Source of the DNA: Rhizodiscina lignyota
Taxonomy: Eukaryota
DNA: 64,000 bases
Direction of reading: 5' to 3'
Assembly: GCA_010015805.1 (NCBI GenBank)
Contig: ML978125.1
Coordinates: 1,674,001-1,738,000, forward strand
The notes under the pieces were generated by a model. The model saw nothing but the letters and a program-made list of their open reading frames with translations. It was not told the DNA's origin and made no database searches. Positions 48,064-61,026 of the stretch are shown here, piece by piece. Each line of letters starts with the position of its first letter. Positions within the stretch are counted from its first letter, which is position 1. A program made the translations under genes and the position numbers.

Positions 48064-49331
48064 TTTTTGGCTGCCAACTTTACAATAGTATTGGCTACAG
48101 TGATTGATTGAGGTCGAAAATTCAACGCTGGTGCAACTAAACAGCAAGATGTTAGCAAGGCAAGGTTATATCATCAATGGGGACTCCGTCATATTATGTC
48201 CGTCTCCGTAGGAAGACCATGCATGTTGGAGACTCCTTCTTGCATTAATGGCGTTGGTACGAGAGGTCGGAGAGTTTCCGGCATGGCGCTTCAAACTGGA
48301 GGTCAGCCTTGCCTTGAAAGAGACCTTAGGACCCTGGACGGTCGGCCATAGCTCCAGGGTACTCGAAGCTATGGCTGACTGTCCCCCTGGCTGTCTGATG
48401 TGAAAGTTGCACCGGCGCAGCGATACTACTCTTTGGTGGCCCGACGTCGGCCCGGCAGCACTCTCTGTTCGTCCCAAATCAACGTCAACGTCAACGTCGT
48501 CGTCACTCGAAAGTCTGCACATAGCTTGGAAGCTCGGGAATAGCTTCCAACATCGTAATATTTTCGGCAAGTATTCTCCTCATGATGGATGTAACTTGGT
48601 AAGATGAAATGGTGAGGAAGAATGTGTTATGTCTTCATATATCGAAGAGGCGGCTACGAGATCTGGGCGGTGCTGTAGTAAATGTATCAAACCAACTTCA
48701 CTCTTGAGTACGGCAGCTAGAGGAACTAATACTGTCTTAGCCTTATTCCCAACAATTCGAAGTTCAAACCATTAGCTCTCGAAGCTCGATCAGACTCTGC
48801 ACAACTCTGAACTCGCCGGGATCAATGGGTTCACTTGTGCTGGATACCTCCTTTAGTTCGATTTTCAATACGTCTCGCATGCCATATGGTCCAAGTCTGG
48901 TAGTGTTTAATACCAGCAGCACGTAAAATCTACCTGCATTGACTAGTATAACCCGAGTGCGTACATCTCTACGTCGGAACCGCTATAACCCATCAGTATA
49001 TCATTGTAGGGACTTTTGTTGTCCACGACCCTCCTTACTCTGTTCAACCATATCTTTTATCTATTTTGAATATAGCCAAACAATTGCCGCTCGCGAGTTC
49101 CTGGTGCCGGTCGCCGAATTCGTTAAGCGCACTGACCATGTGTTGTCATTCACAAACTGCTATTCATCTTTGCGTGTAATGGCAAATTTCCTTCAATGAG
49201 ACGTGAATGCGACACGCTAGTGTCATTGTTCCCGCAACACTGTCAATGAGCCGCAGTTTCTCCGCAACGTCTATAAAAAAGTCTCCAGCTCTACAGTTCC
49301 TTCCTCCTTCATTACAAACCTTGTTAACACG

Positions 49332-50192
49332 ATGGACGCCTTCATCACCAACGACCCTCTCTGCTGGACCGTCTGCGCCATCGTGGGCCTGGTTTCGGGC
49401 TACCTACAGTACCATGCTCCACCGCCTCCATACAGCGACGCTGGCTACGTCGAGCCTCCCCCACTGCGCACCTCATACAATCATACCGTGTACACCACCT
49501 TCAAGCAGTTGCGCTGGCCAATTCCAGTAGGCTGGGATGACGACCATGACCGCTTGTTCCCGGTTCTTTCGAACACAATTCCGGTTCCGTCGAACACAAT
49601 TCCTCTCGGCCTGTCAGACACTGCGAACACCTCGTGCCTTGGCATTGGCGCCATCATCGCTGTCGGTTTTCTCCTCTTTTTGAGCGGCATGCTCGTTGTC
49701 CTGCTCCCACTGCTTCGCCGTTTCAACACGGAGGACAACGACACCGAACACACTCCTCCCCCGATGGTGAGCATGGTCTCTACATCGACGCAAACCAACG
49801 AACACACTCCTCCCCCGACGGTGAGCATGGTCTCTAAGTCGACACAAACCAACGAACACACTCTTCCCTCGGCGGAGAGCAACCTCTCCAAGTCAACCCA
49901 AACCGACGCCCAGCCGCGAAACACCACTGAATCGGATCTCCACACCGAGCTGGCGGCCAAAAACAGGCAAATTGACTTGTTAAATTCCGCTCTCAATGAC
50001 GCCCGGAAAGGAGAATTCAAACTCCGATCCGCGGCCAATGACAGCAGGCAGCGGGAGATACGACTAGTTGAGGATGTGAAGGCGAAGCAGGGGCGCCTGG
50101 AGAGGGAGGCGGAAGAGATCAGGAAACGGGACGCGCTGCTGCGCTCGCAGCGCTTGGCTCTCGAGTGGGCCTCTCACAGAGAGGCGTATTAG
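49332..50192 (+). CDS. Hypothetical membrane-anchored protein with three 18-aa (T/K)STQT repeats and a coiled-coil tail
   Basis: TATAAAA upstream at ~49271, TM segment GIGAIIAVGFLLFLSGMLVVLLPLL, repeats, and a charged helical C-terminus. Confidence 0.6.
   Translation: MDAFITNDPLCWTVCAIVGLVSGYLQYHAPPPPYSDAGYVEPPPLRTSYNHTVYTTFKQLRWPIPVGWDDDHDRLFPVLSNTIPVPSNTIPLGLSDTANTSCLGIGAIIAVGFLLFLSGMLVVLLPLLRRFNTEDNDTEHTPPPMVSMVSTSTQTNEHTPPPTVSMVSKSTQTNEHTLPSAESNLSKSTQTDAQPRNTTESDLHTELAAKNRQIDLLNSALNDARKGEFKLRSAANDSRQREIRLVEDVKAKQGRLEREAEEIRKRDALLRSQRLALEWASHREAY
49746..49907 (+). repeat. 54-bp coding tandem repeat, ~3 copies (GAACACACTCCTCCC...CAAACC)
   Basis: Units start at 49746, 49800 and 49854, encoding EHTPPPMVSMVSTSTQTN / EHTPPPTVSMVSKSTQTN / EHTLPSAESNLSKSTQTD. 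Confidence 0.85.
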
Positions 50193-50593
50193 GCCTGGTT
50201 GGTGTGGTTGGCGCTCAGCTGGAACCTCTGATTGAGTCGGTGAGCTGGTTCCACCCCCGTGAGGGAGTGTTGAGCTAAGAGCACCGATTCGTCAGGGGTG
50301 AGCTGGGTGGCCAAAGGCAGGGAGCAACATGGGCATGTAAATAGAATTTCTCAGAACGTTCGCTCGCATGCGAAGACGCAATGCTCAGGGTCTTGATTTG
50401 TTTGAACGTTACATCATCACATGCAAGCCGGTGATGGAAGAATGAAGTACAGCATAGAATTCTAGCGTTCACCACAGATTGATGGTATAAAAGTTCGATT
50501 TGGCAATTTCAAGAGAGTATCACTACTACCCAATTCATACTAGCGTTGGATATAGCCTAGCGCCAAAGAATACCCGAACAACCCAACGACAAT

Positions 50594-52572
50594 CTAATGC
50601 TCTATGTACCAAGACAAATCGGCCTCCTCGTCGAATTCCTTCGCCGTAAAGCCATTACCCATGAAGCGGAATGGGTTCGGACTGCGATATTGAATATCGA
50701 AATCCTCCGCTCGAATCTCACTAATCATGCGATTGAAGAGCAGGGCGCTGCCACCAAACAGCGCGGTAACTCTCCCATCCACTCTGCCCTTCTTGTACCA
50801 GGATACACAGCTCCCAGTCCATACAAGCTTCTTATGGATGGTATCTCCGTAGCGTACAAAGGCGTCGAGAACGTCGGGTTTTATGACGATCGATTTAATG
50901 TCCTCTTCCGCGATCTTCTTTATCCATTTGACGAGGTAGTCTCCTGTCCAGTTCAGGGCCTCCATCAGCGAGCCGTGGCCGATGACTGCGTTAGGGCCCA
51001 TCAAGAAGAAGTAGTTCGGCATCTCCGATGTCGCAACGGACAGGTACGCCTCGGGCTCGTCCTTCCACTTCTCTGCGAGGTCGGCGCCATTACGGCCGAT
51101 GATGGGATATTTCGGGCAGTTCGAAACATCGAAACCCGTTGCACAAGCGACTTCAGGGGAATTAGCATAGATACAATGGCTGGACTCGGTTCGGTGGTAC
51201 TTACTGACGTCGACCTCGTGCACCTTGCCATCGGCGGTGTGCACTGCATTCTCGGTGATCTTGGTAATACGGCTGTTCGTCAGATGGCAGTTAGGCTCTG
51301 TGAGGGCCTCCAGATAGCCTGGGCCGGGTGTAATGCGTCGACAACCAACTTCCCAGCTTGGAATCATCATCTTGCACAAGTCTGGGTCATGCTTGAGCTT
51401 CTCAGCCATCTGTTTCGCGGCGAACTCAACATGTTCTTTGGCTAGCTCTGATCCCTTGATGAACTAGAAGAGTCTCAGTCAGCCTTTTCCGAGGTGTGTG
51501 TTATTAGCGGATCTTACCTGTCGGAAGGCCTTGTTAGTTCGGTGGATCATGGCTTTCCTGTACTTCTTCAGCTCCTCTGGATCCTCTCGCCATCGCTTCT
51601 TCTCCTCTTCCGTGTACTCTGGGTTCGGATCGTCAGTTTCGCGGCCAAGATGTCTTGATGGAGGGACTCTGTAGTAAATCCAGGTAGGTCCTCTGATGAA
51701 GTTCGTCACATCCGTGCCAGGGAGCTTCACGAGCTGCGGAACGATTTGGATGCCGGACGAGCCGTTGCCAATCACCGCAATACGCTTGTTGCTGTAATCG
51801 TAGCTGTGGTCCCAGTTCGCAGAGTGCGTCATGTGGCCCTTGAAGTCAAAAAGACCTTCAATTTCCGGCCACTTTTGATGTCTTTTACAAGGCATATGTG
51901 TCAGAGAGTCGTCTAAACGGTGAGCGATAAGCACTTACACGAGAATGCCTTGGCCGGAGAGGATGATATCGGCATATTCATCCCAGCGGCGTCCTTCGTG
52001 TTCTACGGTTACTTTCCACTGGCCGCGCTCTTCTATCCACCGGTTTTCTCTGACCCAGTGATTCAACTTGACGTCGCGGTCGAGGTTCCATTTCTTGGTC
52101 GTCTTAACAATGTACTCCTCAATCTCCGGGCCACTGGAATAGAATCGGGACCAATTCGGATTAGGGTCAAACGGGAAGGCCTTTAAATGTATTAGTTACT
52201 CTCCTAACATGTGCTCCAACCAGTCGACGCTCTGCTCACATATATGTGGGATGGGACGTCACATTGCACACCTGGGTACGTGTTGACTAGCCAAGTTCCG
52301 CCGATCTCACTTCGTCCTTCGAAGATAGTGTGATCAATGTAGTCTTGCATCTCTGGGTAGCGATGCTGGAACTTGTGGGCCATGAGCAGGCCAGAGAAGC
52401 CTGCCCCGATTGTAATGACACGCAGTTTCCTCTCTGGCGTGAAGGCAAAGTTGGGGTTCAATGGGATGTCGTGAGGGTTCTTGTGCTCTGCGCCATTGGC
52501 GCCATTTGCGTTACCATTGACACCAGGAAAGGTGCCATTTTGCCCGTTCAGATCAACAGGTGCCGCCTCCAT
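50594..52572 (-). CDS. Baeyer-Villiger / flavin-containing monooxygenase (5 exons)
   Basis: IGAGFSG, GGTWLVNTYPGVQCDVPSHIY, BVMO fingerprint FKGHMTHSANW, IGNGSSG, GCRRITP, CATGF. Confidence 0.92.
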
Positions 52573-53133
52573 GGTTGATGTAGGTTACTCTTCCAAGACT
52601 CTGTGGGCTATTATCTTTTATATTGGAAGAACTTGCGGCGTTTTGTTCGGCGAAAAGGAGATTTAAAGGCTCTCTGATGATCGGAAAGGATCGAATCGAA
52701 TTCATCTTTATTATCTGGATATTCGGCATAATGTACGGAGTACTTCGTGACATAGCGGAATCTGAGGTCCCGTTCGCCACTGAGTGGCAGTTGATGTCCA
52801 CAAGTGCCCCCGCATTTCCCAAAACGGGGAGCTAAGTCTTCTAAGCAGCACGATCAGAGACGTTGAGCCGCGCTTAATACTCGCGACGGGCCCGTGGCGT
52901 GACGCGTCGCGGATCAGGACATGTAGTGGCGTTTGAAGCTTAATTCAAATGCTCATGTTCAGATCTGACATAACGGAACTATATCGGGCAGACGGCCTCT
53001 TTCGGTTACGCTTCAGGTGATCCTGAGAACTTCATATTATCTGTATACATGCAAATGCACCGGCTATTGAACGCGATAACTCCCGATCGCGTGAAAACTA
53101 TGTACATGAATGAAAAGCCGAGTTATCCGCCCC

Positions 53134-54301
53134 TTAGTGCACCATTCGCTTGCCAATTTCGCTTTCCCAGTTCTTCGCGCGCTCGAAGCCATTCTGGAAG
53201 GACTGGTAATCCGTGAATGCCTGATAGACCTCCTCTTGCGAGTTCAATACGAAAGGCCCGTATTGCTTAATCGGCTGATCAAGAGGCATGCCAGCAACAA
53301 GGATGAATCGAGAATCCTCGGTTGCATCTGCTGGTACTTCTGCTACAATACCGTCACCCTTCTGCTCAAAGACGACGTTGCTGTACCGTTCGACTGTCTT
53401 CTTCTCGGCACCCATTTGGACTGTGCCGTACAATGTGTAGGCAAATGCGGTCCAGTTGGCAGGGAGTGCCTGTTGTAACTTTGCGCCAGGTGCCATCGTG
53501 ATATCAAGGTACCAGACAGGGGTGTACGCTAGCTCCTGAACACTGTCGACACCATGGCTCTGCCCACTGATGACCTTGATCTTGACCTTTCCATTGTCCA
53601 ATTCTACTCGCGGGATCTCCTTGTCGCGCAGATCCCGATACCGAGGCTCGCAGTATTTCAAGTGCTTTGGGAGATCAACCCACAACTGCATACCCTCGTT
53701 GTTACCGTCCGGATCGGGCCGCGGCATCTCGGCATGAACGATGCCTTTGCCGGCCGTCATGAACTGTAAGTCGCCCGGTTCAAGGGAACCTTTGTTGCCC
53801 GCGAAATCTTCGTGGTCGACGCCGCCGGAGAGGATGTAAGTGATGGTTTCCTGCCCCCGGTGTGGATGATCGGGGAACCCTGCGCCCGGGCTACACAACT
53901 GTTAGTATCATTCTGATTTCCTTATACTTGGAGAGGAAGACTTACGATATCTTGAAATGGTCGAGCATGAGGAAGGGTGTAAGGTTTCGGAGCTTTGGTG
54001 TACCAATTGATCGGCGGACTCGGGCACCGACACCTTCACTCTGCTCTATCGCTTTGACGACGCTGCGGATTCCTCGAGGAACAGCCATCTCAGCCGACTT
54101 TGTCAATGAGGGGTCTTGTGAAGGAATAGTTGGGAGGCCGGCAAAGGTCTGTGATCCGACAGGTGCGGAGGTGGTTGTGCTCGACATTTGGAAGTTGCTT
54201 TGTATGATTTCTGTGAGAGCTTGTAGTTTAGTCGTGAAGTTTTCGCTGTTGTACAGTAGAATTGCGACGATGCAGAAAAAGACGGAGAACAGGAGCTTCA
54301 T
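53134..54301 (-). CDS. Pirin (bicupin) with an N-terminal hydrophobic extension, 2 exons
   Basis: EGVGARVRRSIG..PFLMLDHF, GFPDHPHRGQETITY, MTAGKGIVHAE, QLWVDLP, QYGPFV. Confidence 0.93.
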
Positions 54302-55108
54302 AGACCAGAGACTTTGATTTATAGGGAATTGAGTGGAATTGGGAACCTAGGAGACGATTCGCGCTACTTCATTTATCAAGACCGTTGGGAACTTCATAAA
54401 GCCTGACTTATGAGGTGGTAGATTTGGCAGCTGCTTTTGACTGGCTTGACAAGAATTGTTAAGCCATCCGTCAGCACCTTCGGCGCATCTTGGCAGCTAG
54501 CAAATGTGCCGGAATGCGGGCCGTTTTCAGCTCCAGCGGTAGTCACGTGAAAATAGAATTCCTTGGAATATTCCGAAAATCTGCCGATTTGTTATTGTCG
54601 GTGTCGGTGTTCATCGGTGTTCCGAGAGTTCAGTTGACTTTTTCTTTGAATCAACAGGCAGGTGCAGGAGGTACTTATTATTAAAGAAGCGGAATATTGC
54701 GCTCACAAATTTGGAATCTCTGAGACGCTGGACTACCCACTGCATCTTGAGAAACCTGGCTGATCAAACGTGATTGAAATGCACAAAGTACTCAGCATCT
54801 TTCTTCCACGGCTGCTGGACAGTTTCGGAAGCTTGTTTGAGGCTGCAGAGGCGCTGAGCAGAAACTTCCATTCCGTCTCAGAGCAATACGAATGAGCTTC
54901 GGTGAGCAGCACTTTGACTAAGGTAGTTTTAGAACCATTTGTATTGTGTATCTTCATCGTCACCTAATGTACACATTCGTCGTCAATGAAACCTCTGCGC
55001 ATATAAAAGATACTGGCGCTTAATCGTCCATTCAACCAATAGCGCATGTGCTATATCCACATGCATACTTCTTCTTCAACTCATAATGTTCCACGATGTG
55101 ATCCAATC

Positions 55109-58100
55109 TCAAATCATCATGAAAAGCTCATTGCGCTTAGTGCTCTCGTCATCGAGATCAGGATAGTACGGTACCAGCGAGTCCGCATTCTGCACGTACG
55201 CGTCGTTGTAGAGCTTCCAGTACGGCTGACGGACCTTGCGCGCCGGATGGAACAGGCCAGCCCAGATGTAGTTCATCACCACGCCCGTTCCCACCGCCAT
55301 CCTGATGGCCTCGACAGCCTCGATCATGCGGTCAATGACGTGGGGACTAGTCTCGAAGATGTTCGGCATGATGAGGTTGAGCAGATGGATCATCGCGTCT
55401 TCGCAGCCCAATCCGACAACGCCGAGAGCGATATGCTTGGTAACGGCCGCAGCGGTCTGGCGATGCACCTGGTCACGATCGATGAGAGCATCGTCGAGGA
55501 GCGGCACAACCGCGTAGACGTAGTCCTTGGCCATCTCGCCAATGTACTCGAAGAGGAAGGACAGAGCCTTCAAGACGCCGTTCTGCACGTTGAGCTCCGG
55601 AACGCGGTATTCGTTCATGAGAGCGGGCAGGACGGTGAAAGGAGAGCAGGTTTCCGCAACGATACCGATAGCAACGGCGGTACAGACACGCGACTGACGC
55701 TCTTGGACGCGGAGGTTGTTGAGCAGCGTGGAAAGCACGTCCTGAGGGCCGATAGCCTTAGCAATGTAACCGAAGGTGTTGTTGGCAGCACGACGAATGC
55801 CCTTCTTGTGTGCCTTGAGCATGTCCAGCAACTCGAAGCAGATACGCATCCATTCGCGGGCGCTAACACTGTCGGGTCCACGGTCTGCGATACGTCCCAC
55901 GAGGTCAATGGTATTCTCCTGTACCTTCTCATGACGGTTACGAAGGATAGGAGTCAGGCGAGGAAGGAGGTCCTTGATAGGAGGCTGCATCTGATTGATA
56001 CCGACGACAGCGACGATTGAGCGGAGAGCGCCAAGGATTGAGCCTAGCACTTCCGGATACTCCTCACCCAGGTACTCGTAGAGGACAGTTCCAAGCTTGG
56101 ACATGAGCTGTTCCTCGCCACACTGCTGCATGACTTGTGCGATGCGAGAGACAAGGTCCGCTGCTTGCTGACGGACAGTCGCCGACTTGTTGTTCAGGCG
56201 CCAAAGGATAGTGCTGACGATCTGCGGGAGATACGGCTTGCAGCGAGTGCCTAGGGAGTTGACCACAGTGCCGAAGCCATTGAGCAGGATAGGATCTTCA
56301 ACGCTTTGCTCCTGGAAGGAATTGAGGATGCCGTCGATCAGGCGCTCCTCCAATCTCTCACCAATGTCTGCCGTACCCAAGCTGGCGATGACCTTCTCGA
56401 CAGTCTCAACGGTCATCTTCCGATAAGCTTCGCTGTCATCCTTCAAGTTGTTGACAATGCGGTCGATGATCTCGCTCACTCCGACCTTCTGGCCCAAATC
56501 CACGGTTGTCTCCACGACCTGGCGATAGTTGCGCTTGTCCAGAGCCATCCTCTTGACCCAGAAGCTCTTGAAGAACTCGTGAAGAACATTCTCTTTGAGG
56601 TAGCCACCAGTGACACCATCGGTGCTTGCACACTGGGAGACGACCTTGAGCACGACTTTCTTCATCTCTTCGTCCGGGGATGAGAATTCACGCAGAAGGA
56701 TTTCCATGATCTGACCAGTGTAGTAGTTGGCGTATTCTTCGTCCATGAGCGGGATGATGTATCCCACAGCCTTCAAGAACCCAGCAAGGCCCTTGCCGCG
56801 CTGCTTGCGAGCTCCAGTCCAGAGAGGGTTTAGAATGTCATCGAAGCTCTCGATACCATACGGGTTGGCAGCTTCTGCAAGGGCGGCGATAGCCAAACTC
56901 GTGACTGTGCGGACCTTGGTCTGGTCGTCGTTGAGGTTGTCGCCAATGCACTCGACCAGGCCCTTAAGATGTGGCAAGACGGCGCAGCCCATCAGAATAG
57001 GAATCTGCTGGACGATCTTGACTCCGGTGTGTCTTGCTTGCCAGGACTTCTTGCTACGGCACACAGCACGAAGGAAAGGAAGCAGAGCAGGGATGCCCAA
57101 CGCAGAAGCGACCACCGCAAAAGCTCGAGCCGTAGTGTTTCGCACGTACTCATCAACGTGGTCGATATCAGGCCTCATAGTACTGATCATGTGTGCCAGA
57201 CCGGCGGCCTTGGAGAGATTCGAGATGATTTCGCGGCCTTCAACTCGAGCATAGTAGTCTTGGTCAATCAGGAGGGGTTCGATAACGACCAAGATCTTGT
57301 GAACGTATGGACGAACGAGATCGTCAAGCTTGTAGAGAACACGATCGATAACCTTCACAAGCAAATGGCGCTCCTGGTCTTCCAACGTCTTCTCCATGAG
57401 AAGCGGGAGGATCTGGTTGAAGAGAGGTCCGGCACCAAATTGTCGAGCATTGTCGGTGAGTTGACGCAGAGCAGTCTTTCGCATTGGCGGTGTACCGTTC
57501 TTGACCTTGAGCAGCAAGCGCATGATCTTGCGCTCCTTCAATTCCTCGACGCTCAGCGAGTTGTCGTCAACTTGCTCGACGAGTTTGCTAAAGTATTTCA
57601 TGTCTTCAGCCTTGAAGAAGGACAGCTCGCCAACACCAGGGATTTCGGAAGGCAAGTCCTTGCCCATCATTCGAGGGTCCACAGATTCCTGCATCATGAA
57701 GCCACCATTCATGGATGCCGGAGTTGGAATTGCACGTGGACGTGCAGCACTTGGGCGTGGTTCGTAGCCAGGAGGTGGAGTCAGAATCTGGTAACCCTCG
57801 GTGGGAAGCAGCGCGTCCAATTCTTCGTCGGTCAACCAACCGCCTCGGCCACTGATGTCAGTGCCAAAACCAGCTTGAGATGGATGCATAGGTGTAGCAA
57901 GGCCAGCACCGCCAACTGGGGTAGCAGCAGGAGCTTGATCCCATCGCGAACGGGGCTTAAGCGCTTCAGCCTCGCCGCCAACGGCAGGAGTCTGGTCCCA
58001 CCTCGAGCGCTTCTTGGGTTCCTCAGTCGCTTCTCCGTCGGTGGCTGCTGGTGTCTCACCACTGACATCCCAGCGCTGCTTTCTCTTGCGACCAGTCGCA

Positions 58101-58822
58101 ACAGCGACAGTGGAGCCCGCATCTTGATTTTCCTTGTCGCTTCCAGCTTTGAGTGTTGCTTGATACTCCACGCCATCCATCTCGTCCTTAGCCTCCCTAT
58201 CTGCAATGAGGCGAGCGACGCGCGCTTCTTCCCTCTCAAGTTCACGTTGCTCCATAACACTCTTGTAGCTTTGACCCTCCTGGACGCCAGCCTGGCTGTT
58301 CTCCGCGAAAGGGTCGGCTCGAGTGGGAGTCAGCGGACCGCGATCATACTTCTTCTTTTGATACTCAGTCTCGCGGGAAGCAATCTGGGCCTGCTGCTCA
58401 CGACTCATCAAGATATCATCTTCCTCCGCGCCGCCGGTAGCGAACTCTTTCATCTGCGCTGATGTGGCGGTATACTGGCCGACCAGGCGCCTGCTGTCAT
58501 CCGCGTCGCCATCTTCGTTATCCTCTTCGTCATCGTTGACTGCAATAGACGTGTTGTAGCCGGCAAACTTGTCAATCTCGCTTCGCTCGTACATCTCGGT
58601 GTCGAAGGCCTCGGTGAGTGAAGCTTTGGTCGACGTGTTCTGGCGCTGGTTGGCCGGATCAAAGGTCTTTGAGCCTTTCTTTCCGCCAGCTGCTGCATTG
58701 CGCTCCTGCTGGGCGCGCTTAACAGCCTCGAAATCCGCTGCCATAGTAGTAAGTGTTTTCTTATAACTTGGGACGGGTTCTGGGTTCCCGTGGAAGGTTG
58801 ATGGTCGCTGACCGTCAGACAT
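55109..58822 (-). CDS. HSH155: U2 snRNP component SF3B1 (Hsh155/Prp10)
   Basis: RWDQTP ULM repeats, [23 protein letters not shown] repeats. Probable 75-nt intron at 58738-58812. Confidence 0.97.
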   Translation of the reverse strand: MSDGQRPSTFHGNPEPVPSYKKTLTTMAADFEAVKRAQQERNAAAGGKKGSKTFDPANQRQNTSTKASLTEAFDTEMYERSEIDKFAGYNTSIAVNDDEEDNEDGDADDSRRLVGQYTATSAQMKEFATGGAEEDDILMSREQQAQIASRETEYQKKKYDRGPLTPTRADPFAENSQAGVQEGQSYKSVMEQRELEREEARVARLIADREAKDEMDGVEYQATLKAGSDKENQDAGSTVAVATGRKRKQRWDVSGETPAATDGEATEEPKKRSRWDQTPAVGGEAEALKPRSRWDQAPAATPVGGAGLATPMHPSQAGFGTDISGRGGWLTDEELDALLPTEGYQILTPPPGYEPRPSAARPRAIPTPASMNGGFMMQESVDPRMMGKDLPSEIPGVGELSFFKAEDMKYFSKLVEQVDDNSLSVEELKERKIMRLLLKVKNGTPPMRKTALRQLTDNARQFGAGPLFNQILPLLMEKTLEDQERHLLVKVIDRVLYKLDDLVRPYVHKILVVIEPLLIDQDYYARVEGREIISNLSKAAGLAHMISTMRPDIDHVDEYVRNTTARAFAVVASALGIPALLPFLRAVCRSKKSWQARHTGVKIVQQIPILMGCAVLPHLKGLVECIGDNLNDDQTKVRTVTSLAIAALAEAANPYGIESFDDILNPLWTGARKQRGKGLAGFLKAVGYIIPLMDEEYANYYTGQIMEILLREFSSPDEEMKKVVLKVVSQCASTDGVTGGYLKENVLHEFFKSFWVKRMALDKRNYRQVVETTVDLGQKVGVSEIIDRIVNNLKDDSEAYRKMTVETVEKVIASLGTADIGERLEERLIDGILNSFQEQSVEDPILLNGFGTVVNSLGTRCKPYLPQIVSTILWRLNNKSATVRQQAADLVSRIAQVMQQCGEEQLMSKLGTVLYEYLGEEYPEVLGSILGALRSIVAVVGINQMQPPIKDLLPRLTPILRNRHEKVQENTIDLVGRIADRGPDSVSAREWMRICFELLDMLKAHKKGIRRAANNTFGYIAKAIGPQDVLSTLLNNLRVQERQSRVCTAVAIGIVAETCSPFTVLPALMNEYRVPELNVQNGVLKALSFLFEYIGEMAKDYVYAVVPLLDDALIDRDQVHRQTAAAVTKHIALGVVGLGCEDAMIHLLNLIMPNIFETSPHVIDRMIEAVEAIRMAVGTGVVMNYIWAGLFHPARKVRQPYWKLYNDAYVQNADSLVPYYPDLDDESTKRNELFMMI

Positions 58823-59323
58823 CTTGGCGATACTTTCAGATTTGTCACTCCTGGGTGGGATTCGTGATAAATGAGTTCGATATCACTCTTAGAGGAGTGA
58901 TCTAGCCCATTTAACAGCTCCAAGTGGTAAGCTTGAAGTTGTGAGAGGTGGTGTTGTGATACGATTGAGGCAAGAGCGAAGGAAGCCTTTGCGGCTCCGG
59001 TTGCCTTCGGGGTGGCAAAATGTTTCGCCGGATCATTAGGATACACCGAATATTCTACGGTGAACCACAAGCATCTGTGTGCATTTAAAATCACGTCGCG
59101 TGAAGAAACCTCGGACGCGTAGTTTTCGGTGTGAAGTTCTGATTGAGAAGTCTTCTAGGAGTAGTTTGAGATATTCAATTCTGAGTGGGTAGCCTGCCAC
59201 AATTGACTTCCTGCTGTCTAACGCAACGCCAGAAAGCAAGTCGTCTAACAGACTTTTGTGCGCTCGAGAGCTCCCTCTTTCAATTCACTGGGTGGAGTCA
59301 ATCCTCAATCAGACAGCATAATC

Positions 59324-59937
59324 ATGGCGGATTCTACACCCATGGATCACACCGATACAAACACTCCTGCATCTGTAGCAAATGGCACAGACGTGACCAT
59401 GAAAGAAGAGCCAACACCAGACAATGTGTGCAAGCCATTTCCTTGTTCTGCCTCCGTTGCTCAAGCCCTCTGCTTCTTCAACTGCGCAAGCACTCTTACT
59501 CATTCATAGGGCCATAGGCAGCCGTTCCAACCCCCATCCAGGCTCAGCACACCGTAACAGCACCCTCAGCCTCTCCGGCACCCTTCACATCAATCGCAAC
59601 TCCAAGCTTGCAACCACAAGCAGTCGCAACACCCACATCCACACCAATGGCGCCAGCGCGAAGCTCCCCACATCCTGGAGCGACGACACAGACGGCGACG
59701 CCCGCACCCCCGAGCCAGCCGAACCTTCATGGTAGCCCGACGAGAGTATACCTGAACCAGAACGTCACGCCGCATCTTCTTGAGGCGATGAAATACCTAG
59801 CTGTGAATGAGTACGTTTGGCTATACCGTGGATCTCTACGTTGCGCAATGCTGACGGATTATGATAGGCCCGAGAAGCCATTGAAGTGGCTTGCCGACTT
59901 CTTAGCGCAGAGAAGCGCAGAGGTGGAAGGAGTTTGA
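59324..59937 (+). CDS. SDC1: COMPASS subunit Sdc1/Dpy-30 (3 exons)
   Basis: GSPTRVYLNQNVTPHLLEAMKYLA..PEKPLKWLADFL (Dpy-30 motif). Confidence 0.85.
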
Positions 59938-60312
59938 GGGTAATCTTGAAGAAACAGCGAAAGGATACATGGATTTGCGCAAATTAGCGCATGCTAGATG
60001 AATTGATGTCCGGTCGCAATTGACAGTAACGTCCGCATGCATGGACAGTGAATGCGCGTTAAGGATACCACTGTGAGGGTTCAATGAACGAGGAATCTCC
60101 ACACGCGGTCGGACGAAAGCTTGACTTTGCAAAGGTTTTGTTATTTAGATATCCACAGAGTTGTGGCTCTATCCTGAACACCGATGCCATGAATTTTGAA
60201 GACTTATTGCCATCCTCCACACGCTCTGTGCACAGCGCAACCCTGTAACCATCACCAGGTGAAATTTGGCATTGCCTTCCACCTCGCTTGCCGTACCATC
60301 TCCATAACCATT

Positions 60313-61026
60313 TTACGCCACCAATGTGCTTGCAGTCGCGCTCTCGTACCTCCACGTCGGTGGCAGGGCGCCCACGGTCTTGTAGTATCGGGACAGACGG
60401 TGGATGCGAGACTCGATGAGAATGAGGCGGAACTTGGAGTCTCTGTCCTTGCGATTGCGCTCAAGGTGCTTGCGGACAGCGACGGCCTATACCATTCAGT
60501 CAATTCATGCATACCATGCAGCGGTAAGGCTCATAACTCCTGAGTTTTCAACGCACCTTCTTGATCAACATGTAGAGGTCCTCGGGAATCTCAGGAGCGA
60601 GGCCTGTTATGTAAAATCTCAACGTCAGCCATGTAGACCGAACGAAGGCATATTGTGTATTCGAAGGATCGAGAGACAGCAATGTTCAGAAGACATTGCG
60701 ATCTTGCTCGAGTCTCTTCACACGGGGTGAACCGTACCGCTAGATCTGAGGATACGCAGAATCTTGTTACCTGCGCGCAGTCAGTATCTGCTTCTCAAGC
60801 CAGAAGTCCCACGACAGTACATACCAGTGACGACCTTAACCTGTGCAATACCGTGCGAGTCCCTCAGCACGACACCAATCTGCGATGGGGTCGCACCCTT
60901 CCTCGCAAGCTTGCAAATCTGGTCAACGACCTGTTCGGGGGTGGTCTTAAGCCATGCGGGTGGCGTGCGCGAGTACGGGATGGCAGAGGACGATATGCCC
61001 TTTCCGTTGCTGTGAAGACGACCCAT
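60313..61026 (-). CDS. RPS13: 40S ribosomal protein S13 (uS15), 4 exons
   Basis: [72 protein letters not shown]. Confidence 0.96.

Noticed and set aside
48479..48504. (TCAACG)3 / GTC microsatellite
   Set aside because: Short simple repeat with no supporting context.
55046..58462. Long plus-strand ORFs (324 and 497 aa)
   Set aside because: Antisense shadows of SF3B1 caused by codon bias.
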